From: Methanobacteriota archaeon
GTDB lineage: Archaea > Thermoplasmatota > E2 > DHVEG-1
NCBI GenBank assembly: GCA_963769885.1
Contig: CAVYNH010000004.1
Span: forward strand, 75,904 to 139,903
Direction of reading: 5' to 3'
DNA: 64,000 bases
Of this stretch, positions 29,901 through 39,698 are shown piece after piece (the first letter of the stretch is position 1; the number at the start of each line of letters is the position of its first letter). The notes under the pieces are model-generated. The model was not told the origin of the DNA, ran no database searches, and saw only the letters and a list, made by a program, of their open reading frames with translations. The position numbers were made by a program, and so were the translations under genes.

Positions 29901-32828
29901 TACCTGCGCGGCATAGATGGAGTCGATACCGACGACGGACGGCATCGAGGTCGCTCCGAGCACGCTCTGTGCGGATGCCGCTGCGGAACAGGACATCAAC
30001 AGATCCAACGAGAACTTGACCGTGACCGTGAACGGATCGGAGAATACACTCCAGTTTCCGTATCGGCTGACGCCAGGCATGGCTCCATCGAAGAGATACC
30101 CTTTGAAGTCCTCGCGGGCTCTCACCACGATCGTGCGCGATCCCGCCCAATGGTAGACGTGGGATGCGTCGCATGGGTGGTCTTCAACGATCGGCCCGAC
30201 GCGATCATTGTCATTTGTCCACTCATAGTTCCAGTACCATTGATATTGTAATGGGTCTCCTTCGTCATCATCGGTCCCGGTTGAACTGAATGTGGCTTTC
30301 TCTCCGGCATGGACGGTGGTCGGGCCGGTAATGTCCCCTGGCTTGTTGGGGTCGACATTGCTGCGCTTATCTAAATGAACGAAAGGAACCTGCGTCGCGA
30401 TATCATTCGGGCGACTGGTTTCATCCCTGATAATATTGTCAATTCGTCCGGAGGAATTGTACAGCTCGAGGTGGAGTTTATACCAGCCGGCGTTCACCCC
30501 ATTTACCGGCGGCAGCGTCATCGTGATCGTCTTCTGAACGCCGTCGGAGGTCGCTTCGAAATCAAAGTATTTCCACGTGACGTCCTGGCAATCGTCATTT
30601 AGGAGGCTGGCTTTGATTCTCACCTTGTCTGAGGGGAGGGTGGATGTCACGGTGAGCGTCGCCTGAATAGAGTCATCCTTTCCATCCTGATCGATGTCAA
30701 CAACGTTAAAAGTCACCGGTCCGTCGAACTCGCAGTCGGGGTTCAGCATGTAATATTTGAAGATATCCCAGATCAATTCCGTAGAGGCGACGACGTCGCT
30801 GTGATCGATGTATTGCATGCTGTCGCCGTCGGTATAGTTGTCGCCGGCTCGATGCCATTGATCCCAGGAGTATCCGATATATTTTGGTTTGCCAAAAATG
30901 TTCTTGCCGACGACGCTGTCACCCTTGAACAGACAGGTCGTATTTGCTTGGGGAAATGTAGCATTGACCGTCCCCTGTTCTGATCCAAAACCAGATCCAG
31001 CTCTGACCCAGCAATCGTAATTCGAATAGCCGCTCTCTTTTCGAATGGTATCCAATGTTTTTTCTCTCTCTTTTTCTGTTGTGAAAATCGACACTCCGCA
31101 GTTCTTCTGGTTAAAGCCGAGTTGGTCGAGGATCAGCCAATGTACTAGGGTATTACCCAGACTACCTGAATGATTGTCGACGTAGTGTCGAGCGCCTTGG
31201 AATCCGTGTTCCTCCGCCGTTGTGAAAAGGAACGTGAGGTTGTATTTTGGTTTGATGGAGGGATGGTCTTTGACGTATTTTGCTATGGTGAGGACGATTG
31301 CGCACCCGACTCCGGAGTCGCCGGGTGTCTGTCCCCACATGCCGTCGTACCTATTTGAGAAGATCCCAACAGCGTTACCGGGGCTTCCGCCGGGAATCGA
31401 GATGTTGGCATAGACGTCGTCCCCTATCGTCCCTGGATGTCCCGGCGTCTCTTCGAGGTAATCCTGTCTTGCATCGCCGGTAAGAGTCGTGGTGTCATGA
31501 TTCTCGCTTAAGAAATCGCCAGCCGTGTAATTTAACGTCAGTATTGGCAGCATATAGGTAGAATTTTTTTCGGTATTTTGATCGACAACAAAATGGTAGT
31601 CATGCGAATCATATAAAATAACAGCTGTGCAATTGAGTGCCGGACAATTGATGAAATTAAAGAATTGTGTGACGAGTGTGGCAGCAAATAAGACATGAGC
31701 AAAACTTACTTTGGCATGGATGGCTTCGTCCTGGTGGGTGGGGAAATTCACGAGGGTTTCACCTAATGCGATCGTCTTGTATAATGGGTGACTATACCAT
31801 GTCACATTCAACAGTTCACTGTGATCCGGGATTCTACAAAGGAGAACAAATGGCTGGTACGCGGGATAAATACCAAGGAAATCATAACGGAAGGTCAGAT
31901 CCGTCATGAAGTCTCCAAAGTTATCTACTAAGACGACAGGGTAGCTTGACAGGCGTTCTTTCACCTCGTTCCCAGATTCGTTATCAATCCAAAGAACGGG
32001 GTAACAACAATTTGAGGTATCAGTAATGTATTCGATTCCTTGATCATTGTAGTCAACGATGATGACCGCTGTTGCGTCAGTGATGGTATCCAGCTTTGCC
32101 TGCGCTCCTGGCAGATCGTCAATCAGGAAGACGCGGTCAATCATATAGTCTGGTGGGCAAGGATCGTCGGGTCCTATGTAATGAACAATTCCGAAGATCA
32201 CTTTGAAAATATAGTCAGTCAATTTCCCGAATTCACGAACGGTGTAGGAGCCTCTCCCTCCAAATAATTTTCCGAGCTCAAAGGGGACGATCTTGGTATT
32301 ATCGAAGACATAATGCTTTGTCCAATTTTCGCTTCGCGAAGCGGCATTGTCTTTACTTGCTTCTATTGTGTTTTTATAGGGGATATATCCGATTTCCTTC
32401 CGTGAAATAGGATTCATGAATGGGTACGTCGGTGCTCCAGGATCTGTGTTGACGCTCAAGTGAAAATCGGTGTCGTTGATGATGCATGAATAGTTTCTAT
32501 GCGCTTCATTGATGTAGGCAAGTCGCTCTGTTTTTACATTCCCCTGGCCGAACATGGTTTCAAGTCGAGGCACCAGTATTTCATTTGCAGTGTATATTCC
32601 TCCTTTTGAGTCAAAGTTCCTTCCCTTGGGGATATCAGTTTGGTTGTATGCATCGTATATCACATTGGTCAGATTCCCTAACACTTCCCAGAGATAATCA
32701 TAGTCGAGGCCTTCTGGCACAGCCACGGCTTTTGAGACGCTGTTCTTTGGGTCGAATTTGGTTACCATTAGACTGGTTGCCACGAGCATCAAACAGACTA
32801 CTAGTCCGAAAAATTTCCTACTTACCAT
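26964..32828 (-). CDS. Giant secreted multidomain surface protein (M28-peptidase-like, PKD-like and LamG-like domains; many N-glycosylation sequons)
   Basis: 1954 aa; GGAGG RBS; signal peptide MVSRKFFGLVVCLMLVATSLMV; FLFTTAEEHGFQGARHYV (M28-like EE motif); WNFGDGNITNGRNVTHFY and YQWYWNYEW (PKD-like); LRGYWPMDDYNDTSVIDDSTYHNNG...LRLYVDGEF (LamG-like). Confidence 0.8.
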   Translation of the reverse strand: MVSRKFFGLVVCLMLVATSLMVTKFDPKNSVSKAVAVPEGLDYDYLWEVLGNLTNVIYDAYNQTDIPKGRNFDSKGGIYTANEILVPRLETMFGQGNVKTERLAYINEAHRNYSCIINDTDFHLSVNTDPGAPTYPFMNPISRKEIGYIPYKNTIEASKDNAASRSENWTKHYVFDNTKIVPFELGKLFGGRGSYTVREFGKLTDYIFKVIFGIVHYIGPDDPCPPDYMIDRVFLIDDLPGAQAKLDTITDATAVIIVDYNDQGIEYITDTSNCCYPVLWIDNESGNEVKERLSSYPVVLVDNFGDFMTDLTFRYDFLGIYPAYQPFVLLCRIPDHSELLNVTWYSHPLYKTIALGETLVNFPTHQDEAIHAKVSFAHVLFAATLVTQFFNFINCPALNCTAVILYDSHDYHFVVDQNTEKNSTYMLPILTLNYTAGDFLSENHDTTTLTGDARQDYLEETPGHPGTIGDDVYANISIPGGSPGNAVGIFSNRYDGMWGQTPGDSGVGCAIVLTIAKYVKDHPSIKPKYNLTFLFTTAEEHGFQGARHYVDNHSGSLGNTLVHWLILDQLGFNQKNCGVSIFTTEKEREKTLDTIRKESGYSNYDCWVRAGSGFGSEQGTVNATFPQANTTCLFKGDSVVGKNIFGKPKYIGYSWDQWHRAGDNYTDGDSMQYIDHSDVVASTELIWDIFKYYMLNPDCEFDGPVTFNVVDIDQDGKDDSIQATLTVTSTLPSDKVRIKASLLNDDCQDVTWKYFDFEATSDGVQKTITMTLPPVNGVNAGWYKLHLELYNSSGRIDNIIRDETSRPNDIATQVPFVHLDKRSNVDPNKPGDITGPTTVHAGEKATFSSTGTDDDEGDPLQYQWYWNYEWTNDNDRVGPIVEDHPCDASHVYHWAGSRTIVVRAREDFKGYLFDGAMPGVSRYGNWSVFSDPFTVTVKFSLDLLMSCSAAASAQSVLGATSMPSVVGIDSIYAAQVAGAIAPVDYEWTINNELIPHHEQTLVHHFERAGDDNVVRLRVSDANNYIEEISVNVSVMPLNVSYNLSVPNYPYVNPDYPIVFNDTSAACDGLHITDWTWNFGDGNITNGRNVTHFYENVGQYNVTLTVTDDTHQLHSITKQLNITFEMTPPKITYLDVTPEVVGVGMNASIAAVIADNDSGINTAWVNITAPDNSTAEYPMTHIINDSYFLTFSDTQQSGEYRGRVWAVDNANNTNYSNEFNFTVTPTPIIYFVPPTPPDNAMINQSWAQVNATVEDGLQTAAFIDWNRTLRGYWPMDDYNDTSVIDDSTYHNNGVFWGGLGPSDIVTGKFGKALDFDGIDDAVHCGKDPSLNLGTGDFTFMTWVNVPVSFEPPSIRIILSNQPEATGQGYYCGISNSYARIFTSQGSLPGQTTSLTGTIPITAEAWHHIAYVRQGTELRLYVDGEFDQSTTGTVRDITNNQETCLSEENTAEYHHFRGLLDEPQLYARALSWEEIQASYNNSVHKLAHTFTGLSGTYTFSAHAIDIQGNQSSTETHHATFDADGPYITSVLVTPSLSGFGSQIHIQATIMDNISGVKAATAAIQLPNQSQQMKETQIPMTLVTGVPNRYECYFNDTWLTGRYPVSVRAVDNLGNEQTATGFYFDIAAHATLSVGTLKTSYTKGEVIELTDAFPEVDPSITLYSQATDGYIYNSNTNYNTAWTSTRGTVDNTGASILIGQKFNPPFGPYSLYRGFLFFDTTRIPSNAIIDAATLGLYKMGDYSTTDFLITVQNGQPTYPHNPLIVTDYDKSLYSGNGGQFNTNNFVNGFNDLSLNSQGLGWINRIGVTKLCLRSSRDISGTTPTGNEYVAISSYEFQGIGCQPRLVVQCRNQSKIKNTGITDIRGYLLIQVEFQDPRTGQWMLDTKAVDEQTPRLIQSGGLLALDSIFHGLVKTDDLRHGNGQYRVYAAFCDQQGNVLIDSDQHHLVSAFVFSVSGL

Positions 32829-32869
32829 TTCCTAACCTCCAATTTTACGTACCTATTTTCCATTAATAA

Positions 32870-32915
32870 CCTTTTTCATTTTTTGAAAAATTTAAATAAT
32901 ATATATAATATAACA
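32870..32915 (-). promoter_or_regulatory. AT-rich candidate promoter (TATA-like) upstream of the giant surface-protein gene
   Basis: aaaaatttaaataatatatataatataac 45-85 nt upstream of ATG 32828 on the minus strand; position-based guess. Confidence 0.2.
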
Positions 32916-32995
32916 AAATTATTTCTTTTATTACACATACACATTTACCTCATAACCCATAAACCCACCAATTAGGATAAAAGACAAAGAAGGAA

Positions 32996-33231
32996 AAAGC
33001 GGTATTCATCAACGAACATAGGCAGAGAATCGGTGAGCATTACATCAGGAATCACCTAAAACAATGCGCCATCGAGGCAGGGATCCAAAAAAGGGTCAAT
33101 CCTCACATGCTCCGGGCGTCGTGCATCACCCACCTCTTCAACAAAGGGGTAAATCCGCTCACAGTCCAGAAACATGCACGACATACCGATTTCGCCCAAA
33201 CCATGACCTACAACCGCCCTACGCAACAATA
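32996..33231 (+). pseudogene. Tyrosine recombinase C-terminal fragment (catalytic region), paralog of integrase 48019..49014
   Basis: AVFINEHRQRIGEHYIRNHLKQCAIEAGIQKRVNPHMLRASCITHLFNKGVNPLTVQKHARHTDFAQTMTYNRPTQQ aligns with AVFLNKKGVRIGEWDVRGYLKKCGKEAGITSRMYPHMLRASCITHLLNKGVNPLTVQLHARHRNFMTTMRYNRPTQQ; N-terminal two thirds absent. Confidence 0.6.
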
Positions 33232-33585
33232 GATGAAAGGGGACATCGAGAGGATATTCATACGAAAGGCGGACCTCAACAATGAAGACCGCGTCAAGGT
33301 CTTCATCGACAAATACTTGCGTGGAGAGCTATCCAACAAAGGGGTTGATACAGCCCATTCGCCTAAAATATCGCCAAAAAATTCAATGAAAAGTTGCAGC
33401 ATCTTTCTCTCTTCTTTTTTCTTTTTGCGGTTGTCGCCTGTCGCATGCGATAAAGACAAGTATTGATGGTTGTTCTGAAAAAGACGGCGGCCTTTAATCT
33501 GCGGGTCTTTACTACTCTGTTTAAACCACGTGATATTTCCGGTTGCTATCTAGATCAAAATCGTTGCCTTTCGATAATCTTCTTT

Positions 33586-33795
33586 CTAATCACTTCGAGA
33601 GTCGATATGTAACCCATTAATTTGATTTTGGTTAAAATAATTAAAATTTAAAGACTGTATATTTACCTTTGTATCAATCTTTGTATCAATCTTTGTATCA
33701 ATAATAGTTAAAGTAAATTTATAAAAAATAAAATTAATGGTAACATTTATTACTAAACTAATTCCAACAATTATTATAATTAAACTCAGCTCCAT
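33586..33795 (-). CDS. Small hydrophobic ORF containing an IDTK tandem repeat (doubtful)
   Basis: 69-aa track ORF; N-terminal hydrophobic segment; three tandem 12-bp DNA repeats (ctttgtatcaat) encode IDTKIDTKIDTK; starts 13 nt after the stop of 33808..35229. Confidence 0.2.
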   Translation of the reverse strand: MELSLIIIIVGISLVINVTINFIFYKFTLTIIDTKIDTKIDTKVNIQSLNFNYFNQNQINGLHIDSRSD

Positions 33796-33807
33796 GGTCT
33801 TTTTCCT

Positions 33808-35229
33808 TTATATGGGATTATTATACTGAACAAGCATGAAAGGAGTATTAATTTCCTCTTTCATGCCCCATAATTCAACCGAACCACTTAATGTTCTTAT
33901 CTGATTTACGACTTTTTGTACAATTTGTGGATCATCCTCTTGAACTAAACGCGCTTTAATTAAAAGAATCCAGATAGTCTTAACAATGTTTTTAAGAGGA
34001 GATGTCGTTAAATCAACCAATTCTTCAAAACTATCTACCAAAGTCCTCCGATCCTTCTCCCGAATGGCTGCGGGAATAGAAGTTACTCCTGCTGAGAGTG
34101 TATTAATAATTTCACGTCTTCTACCTTTGCGTTTAAGTTCTTCTAATAATTTATCCGAAAAAGTCCCAAATGCGCTGTGTAAGTCTATAGTATTTTTTTT
34201 ATACATCTTTATAGGATCTTTTTGAAAAGAATATGTATGCCATGTTCTATTCATAACTTCAATTATATTCCCTCTCAGCATTTTCTCTTCTTCGGTAACT
34301 TCTTTGTCATGCTTTCGAATCTCAATAACCAAATTTACCGCTTGCTTAACCTCCCACTTTTGCATGGGTATTTGAACTATTTTTGCTGCATGAACAGTTT
34401 CAGTTTCGCTACTTCCGAAGGGAAATGCCGGCGCTAATATTTTTCCATCTTCGTCTGTTAATTGTAAATCATCATCAATGGCCATCATAGTAAAACCTCC
34501 TCGACTGTATATCTTTGGGGCCACAATATAATGCAAAGTCCTGGCAGTTCTGTAAGCTGTCAAAGGTGAATTATTTAATGAATTCTCTATCCGCTCAACA
34601 TTATGATTTAACCCATAAAGTTCCTGCCATTTAACCCTTTCAGCAATAAAAAAAGGAAGTCTACTCAAGTCTTGAATCAGTGGATTTTCCTGTTTTTTAA
34701 TATTATACTCTTCTCTTGCATGCTTATCAAATCCATTAATTCTCAATTGATACTCTTTAGATTTTTCAGATACTTCTCTTTGAAACTCAAGATCACCATC
34801 CAAACGTGCATCCTCAAATAATTGAGCACGAATAAGAGGCTTATCTTTAGGAAGTTCTTTAATAAACTTATCAAAGATATCCTTTTGATAACTTTCAAGG
34901 CTATTTCCAATAATAGGTACGAGTAAATCCGCTTTTATTAACTCCAATACTTGATCTAAAGATGCACCACAATAATTAAAAAATTCATCATCACTCCGAT
35001 AAGGTGGTAAATACATAATAACTTTGTCTAAAAAGACTGGATAGAGCCATACTGGAATGAAATTACCTGTATACGCAGGTTTATCTCCCCTTCTATAATA
35101 AGTGTCGAGATTCCCTAATTCATAATATGGTAAAAATATACTACGAGGTTCTTTCTTTTCTTCCAACTGATCGATACTGAAAATTGTTTTCTCCTTAATA
35201 AGTTCCTCAAAGCTGCTCATTTCCTCCAC
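33808..35229 (-). CDS. Hypothetical protein (473 aa), overlapping-coupled to the upstream DUF692-like gene
   Basis: Track ORF; start overlaps end of 35217..35939 by 13 nt; no motif recognised. Confidence 0.5.
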   Translation of the reverse strand: MEEMSSFEELIKEKTIFSIDQLEEKKEPRSIFLPYYELGNLDTYYRRGDKPAYTGNFIPVWLYPVFLDKVIMYLPPYRSDDEFFNYCGASLDQVLELIKADLLVPIIGNSLESYQKDIFDKFIKELPKDKPLIRAQLFEDARLDGDLEFQREVSEKSKEYQLRINGFDKHAREEYNIKKQENPLIQDLSRLPFFIAERVKWQELYGLNHNVERIENSLNNSPLTAYRTARTLHYIVAPKIYSRGGFTMMAIDDDLQLTDEDGKILAPAFPFGSSETETVHAAKIVQIPMQKWEVKQAVNLVIEIRKHDKEVTEEEKMLRGNIIEVMNRTWHTYSFQKDPIKMYKKNTIDLHSAFGTFSDKLLEELKRKGRRREIINTLSAGVTSIPAAIREKDRRTLVDSFEELVDLTTSPLKNIVKTIWILLIKARLVQEDDPQIVQKVVNQIRTLSGSVELWGMKEEINTPFMLVQYNNPI

Positions 35230-35939
35230 CCCTTAATCATATTTAATTGTTCAACAATATCTTTTTCTGATTCTATGTTTAATATCAATTCTTTATTTAA
35301 ATTTTTTTCTAAAATAAGTTTAAGTATTTTTTCCGCATCATTAGAATAATAAAAAGGTTCATTTATATCATACCAAACTCCATCCTTCCGTAACGGAGAA
35401 TTCACGTGAATCTCATAAATCAAATCAATTCCTATCCTTTTCACGAAATCAACAGTATCTATCTTAAACTCACAAGCAGAAATCATCGTATGTGCGATAT
35501 CGAGCAAAATTCCACATCTTGTTTTCCTTGCTATTTTTGAAATAAATTCATACTCACAAACAAATTCATAGGCTCCAGTAGGATGATAGTCCAAGTTCTC
35601 CACTAAAATCATTCCTTTATAACCTTCTTCGCCTAATACATCTTTGACTATATTCAACGACTCGGAAATGCTTTTGAAAATTTCGCCCATTGATAGAGTT
35701 TCTCCTATAGCAAAATTATGTTTGTCTATCCCCTTCATTCCAACTATTTTAGATGAGAAACCGAGATGAAAAGAAATTACAAAAGGCTGTAAAATTTTAT
35801 AAATCTTGTAAATGGAAGAACCACTATCCTTTAACATCTCCTTAACTTCGTCTGAAACCAGATTTAACGTTACGCTCTTATTATGCTCGTGGAGATATTG
35901 AACATGCATTGAAATTGGAAACTTCCTTAAGATTTCCAT
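35217..35939 (-). CDS. Xylose-isomerase-like TIM-barrel protein, DUF692-like (MbnB/MNIO-type) candidate
   Basis: FHLGFSSKIVG, ILVENLDYHPTGAYEF, CGILLDIAHTMISA, EIHVNS follow the order of recalled DUF692 blocks (HGVSLS / ENxSSY / CxLLLDVNN / HLAGH); N-terminus shorter than typical. Confidence 0.45.
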   Translation of the reverse strand: MEILRKFPISMHVQYLHEHNKSVTLNLVSDEVKEMLKDSGSSIYKIYKILQPFVISFHLGFSSKIVGMKGIDKHNFAIGETLSMGEIFKSISESLNIVKDVLGEEGYKGMILVENLDYHPTGAYEFVCEYEFISKIARKTRCGILLDIAHTMISACEFKIDTVDFVKRIGIDLIYEIHVNSPLRKDGVWYDINEPFYYSNDAEKILKLILEKNLNKELILNIESEKDIVEQLNMIKGWRK

Positions 35940-36055
35940 TTTAGATTTAATGAGTTCAGTTTCCAGATCTTTAACCTCTACAAAGTCAATACGAGGGTCT
36001 GTAAGTATTACTTGTTCAAGTTCTGGATTATAGGGATTATATGTAACACCGATCT

Positions 36056-36727
36056 TTATATCTCCACCATCCTATGAACAATAAATGCTTCCGCATATTG
36101 AACTTTGGCTTGAAATCCTCTGAAAATAGCTTTTGAAACTATCACTTTTTTATTCATATATGGTTTCCCTGCTTGTGTTTTATGCAGTTTAATAGCCTCA
36201 ATTTTCTTTTGTACATATGCTGTGGTGTCTACAAAATAATTAGGTGAAAATGAAGTTCTCGTCGTTGGTGATTCATAAAACAGCATTGTTTTTATTCTTC
36301 TTGCTGCATGAAGGCTGATAAGCGATGTGTTAACATGATCCAAATGATCGTCTTCAAAATGATGAGTGTAGATTGCGTCTGGGTTTACTTCCATTATGTG
36401 CTTATACACATCCTCAATAACCTTTTTGTTAATTTTAATCCCATTGTCTGGAAGCCCGAGAATTTTTATATTTTCTTTTTTTACTCCAAGAAGCTTTAAG
36501 GCATTTTTTGTTTCATTTTCTCGCGTTCGTCCTTTCAGAACATTTCTCTGTTTTTCATCCAACTCCCCTCTATCCTCAAGTTTGTCATCGCTTACACCTT
36601 TTTCGCCTCTCGAAAGTATCAAGATACACATATCATCTCCATTTTCTGCATGCTTTGCTAAACAGCCACCTAATCCAAGTTCTACATCATCAGGATGAGC
36701 CCCAATAGCCAAGATTTTAATTGACAT
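36056..36727 (-). CDS. PIG-L/LmbE-family deacetylase
   Basis: ILAIGAHPDDVELGLGG and HHFEDDHLDH motifs. Confidence 0.7.
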   Translation of the reverse strand: MSIKILAIGAHPDDVELGLGGCLAKHAENGDDMCILILSRGEKGVSDDKLEDRGELDEKQRNVLKGRTRENETKNALKLLGVKKENIKILGLPDNGIKINKKVIEDVYKHIMEVNPDAIYTHHFEDDHLDHVNTSLISLHAARRIKTMLFYESPTTRTSFSPNYFVDTTAYVQKKIEAIKLHKTQAGKPYMNKKVIVSKAIFRGFQAKVQYAEAFIVHRMVEI

Positions 36728-36817
36728 CTTTATCTTTCCTTTTTTAAAAAATGAGTAGTGCTTTATAATGGCTTTGCTGGCTTTGTATATAAATTAGTTA
36801 GAGTTCTATCTTGCACA

Positions 36818-36932
36818 TGAAATAGGGGCTTTGCCCCTATAATCCCATTCTGCCTTCATTCCTCGGCAAGCCTTGGGAGGTCTTGCCGTATCTCACTCGG
36901 CGGTCAGGCACCGCTGCCGGTCGTCAACAATG
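36818..36932 (+). repeat. Copy of the intergenic repeat family with a diverged 3' half
   Basis: tgaaataggggctttgcccctataatcccattctgccttcattcct followed by a different hairpin (ggcaag...cttgcc). Confidence 0.5.
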
Positions 36933-38306
36933 GTTATGTTGTAATGTCGTTGTTGGTCTCAGAGGTAGGATGAGGATTAACCGAAGTTGATCCGTCCGAG
37001 GGATTTGTGGTGCTTGAATGCTTGATCAAATTCTATTCCATAATAGATTCTTCAGAATCTGGGTTACATTTCAAAAATGCGGTCTAAAGCAATAGACGGC
37101 TGAGTCAGTGGTTGTCACAGGAAAATGACTGTTATTTTTTTTGGAGAAAGGAATTTGAATATGAATTTTACCATTGCAGGTTCTGTAAAGCATAGCGTTG
37201 GTTAAATAGCGTTTGAAAATCAGAGTTGGCAAAGAAATATGTTTATTTTTTATTTTGATCTTTAATTACTTGAATCATTTCTAAATTATTTGCTCTAATG
37301 AAATCTGCCATCATAGAATTATTTGTTTCCATGAGTTTAGGAAGTTGAATCAACTCATTTCTAATCATTTCTAACTTACCCTCATACTCTTTTAATTCAG
37401 TCAATATCCCTATATCCCTATCATACGTACTTAAACCAACTTGCCATTGAATAAACATAGAAATAAGAAAACACAAGGTTCCCAATAAAAACCAGGAATA
37501 CCTCCGATGTAAAATAGAAAAATCCTATGAATAATGTTAAAATAGCTGTTGCCAGAATTTTAAATAAAATTATAGTTCTCCAATGTATCATAATTTCAGA
37601 ATATGCTTATGGAATTTAAATATCTATCATATTTTGTCTTTGTCAATTTAGTGTTTGCAAACTGGTTCTGTATAATCTGAGTGTGGTTAATTTAGTCTGT
37701 CAAATTTAATATCTTAAATGCAGTATTAGGGATGTAATTTTACCATTTTGAAAATCTACTCCAATAATACAAAATATCTGGAATGATACAATATAATATA
37801 AATGTGGGTAAGGCGTTCTCCAGACAAACAACAACAGCACGTTCCAGAATCGCTTAAAGAGTTTGAAAACTTTCTCAATAAAAACGGCGATAAGAAGAAA
37901 ATTGAGAAAGCGAAAAAAATATTTTATGAAACCTATCTCGAAAATATTCAAGGGGGGATGAGTCCAGAAGAGGCATTGCAAAAAGCGAAATCGGTTGCAT
38001 TATGCTTTTTGTTCGTACAGTAATCAACGAATCAATTTTAGATATTGTCGAGGAGAGAAGAAAAAGTTGTTGGAAGAAAAACTATTTGAGAAAACACACA
38101 ATACACATAAACATATGAATTCAGAACAAGCAGCAGATATAGCTATAAAATTTGCCAAAACACATGGAACTCCTTTTGTAAAACTAATAGATGCTACGCA
38201 AATTGGAAAAATCTGGTATGTAAAAATAGATGTCGGTGTAATTTCTGTTGATATTCGTACGATAAAAATCGATGATGTCTTAGGAAGAATCATCTCAATA
38301 TCATAA

Positions 38307-38417
38307 TGAAATAAGGGCTTTGCCCCTATGACCCCGTTCCGCCTTCGTTCCTTTTCTTTATAGGACTTACGCTGATGCTTCAGATCGCGCAGTATTCCCT
38401 GCCGCTATTAATAAATC
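38307..38417 (+). repeat. Intact copy of the intergenic repeat family
   Basis: tgaaataagggctttgcccctatgaccccgttccgccttcgttcc...cttacgctgatgcttcagatcgcgcagtattccctgccgctattaataaatc. Confidence 0.65.
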
Positions 38418-38487
38418 GTCAGAACTTCTATTCTGCAAATTGGCACGACACGAAATCTTTAAGGAATGTTGGAACCTTCTCGAAGTC

Positions 38488-38712
38488 ATGTCTGTTGAAG
38501 AGCCACACAGAAGTTGGTTTGAATATTCGAATGTCTTAATCGTTGTGTGGATGGTAGGATTGTTTGTAGCGTTTGGTCTCCTTTCGAACTTCTATGACCA
38601 AGAGAGCATTCTCCAAAACCTTGGTCAAGGCGCGTTCATTGCTCTGTTCGTGGGTGCGGTATTGTATATCGTGAGGTGGATTGCTCTTAGACGAAAGAAG
38701 GCGGTCAGATGA
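38488..38712 (+). CDS. Small membrane protein (hypothetical)
   Basis: Two hydrophobic segments (VLIVVWMVGLFVAFGLL; GAFIALFVGAVLYIV); start guessed at internal ATG of track ORF 38440..38712. Confidence 0.3.
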   Translation: MSVEEPHRSWFEYSNVLIVVWMVGLFVAFGLLSNFYDQESILQNLGQGAFIALFVGAVLYIVRWIALRRKKAVR

Positions 38713-39698
38713 GTATAAGCCGTACATCTCACCTACCCCCTCCTGTGCGTAGAAGAACCCTTGGATATTTAAATCTTTGTTAGGATCATTTTACTATTTA
38801 GGTAAGGAGAGAAAAAATGCAGGGGAAGGGATACCAACCTCGAGTTCAAATCTCACAAGAGCCCTGTTATTTCTCCTAGGATTTCCCTTATAATTCGTTT
38901 ACCCACAGAAGAGGACCTGTCGAAAAGAAAAAATGCTTCTGTCGGGGTTAAGGTTTTCACGCTTCTGTTGAAAATCTTAACAAACACCCCTAAAACGCGG
39001 TTGAATAGTTCGCCTACATTACTCTCTAAAAGCTTCTCTTTTTTTCTTTCCTTTTTTTGAATTTTACAATAGGTGGGTAACAAAGGGGTTCCCCCTCCTG
39101 TTTTTGCAAAAATATCGCCGGAAAATTTGTCAAATTTTTAACACTCTTCCACCCCTCTTTTTTTGTAGTGCCGATTAGGCGTTCTCTTTTAGCGAAAGGA
39201 AATTTTATGAGGATTAGACAACGACCAGTTTCAATTAGATGAGTGTGTCAAAATTACACAACATGCTTCCGAGAATACCCTCTTATCTGACCAATGTTTT
39301 GTCATTATGACATACCCTCTCCTGGTTATTCATTTCGCTTTTTACCGAGGTGTCTAGAAATGACAAGAAATTCAATCAGAAAGCACATTATACTCAAAGA
39401 TTCTAAACAGAATGATTATCTTGAAAAATTCAAAAAGGACGGGGGATTCGGCTCATTTTTACATATGGCTGTTCATTCGATGATGGAAGCAAGCAAAAAA
39501 ATTTACGAAGGGAACCATGCATCAGATGAGATAACTCGGATACAAAATATTGTGTCCAATTCGCATCATTCTATACACGACCAGCTTCTTCCTACCTAAA
39601 AGTGCAAAAGTTCTGTTAAAAATATTTTTTTGTAACTATTAATAATGATTGTATAATAAGATTTATATATTAAAGCGACGTTCGTTGAACGTGAGTAA

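Noticed and set aside
27635-31483. Many overlapping 60-150-aa ORFs on both strands inside the giant surface-protein gene
   Set aside because: They lie within or antisense to a continuous 1954-aa ORF with coherent domain content; GC-rich sequence gives long spurious open frames with Pro/Arg/Gly-rich translations.
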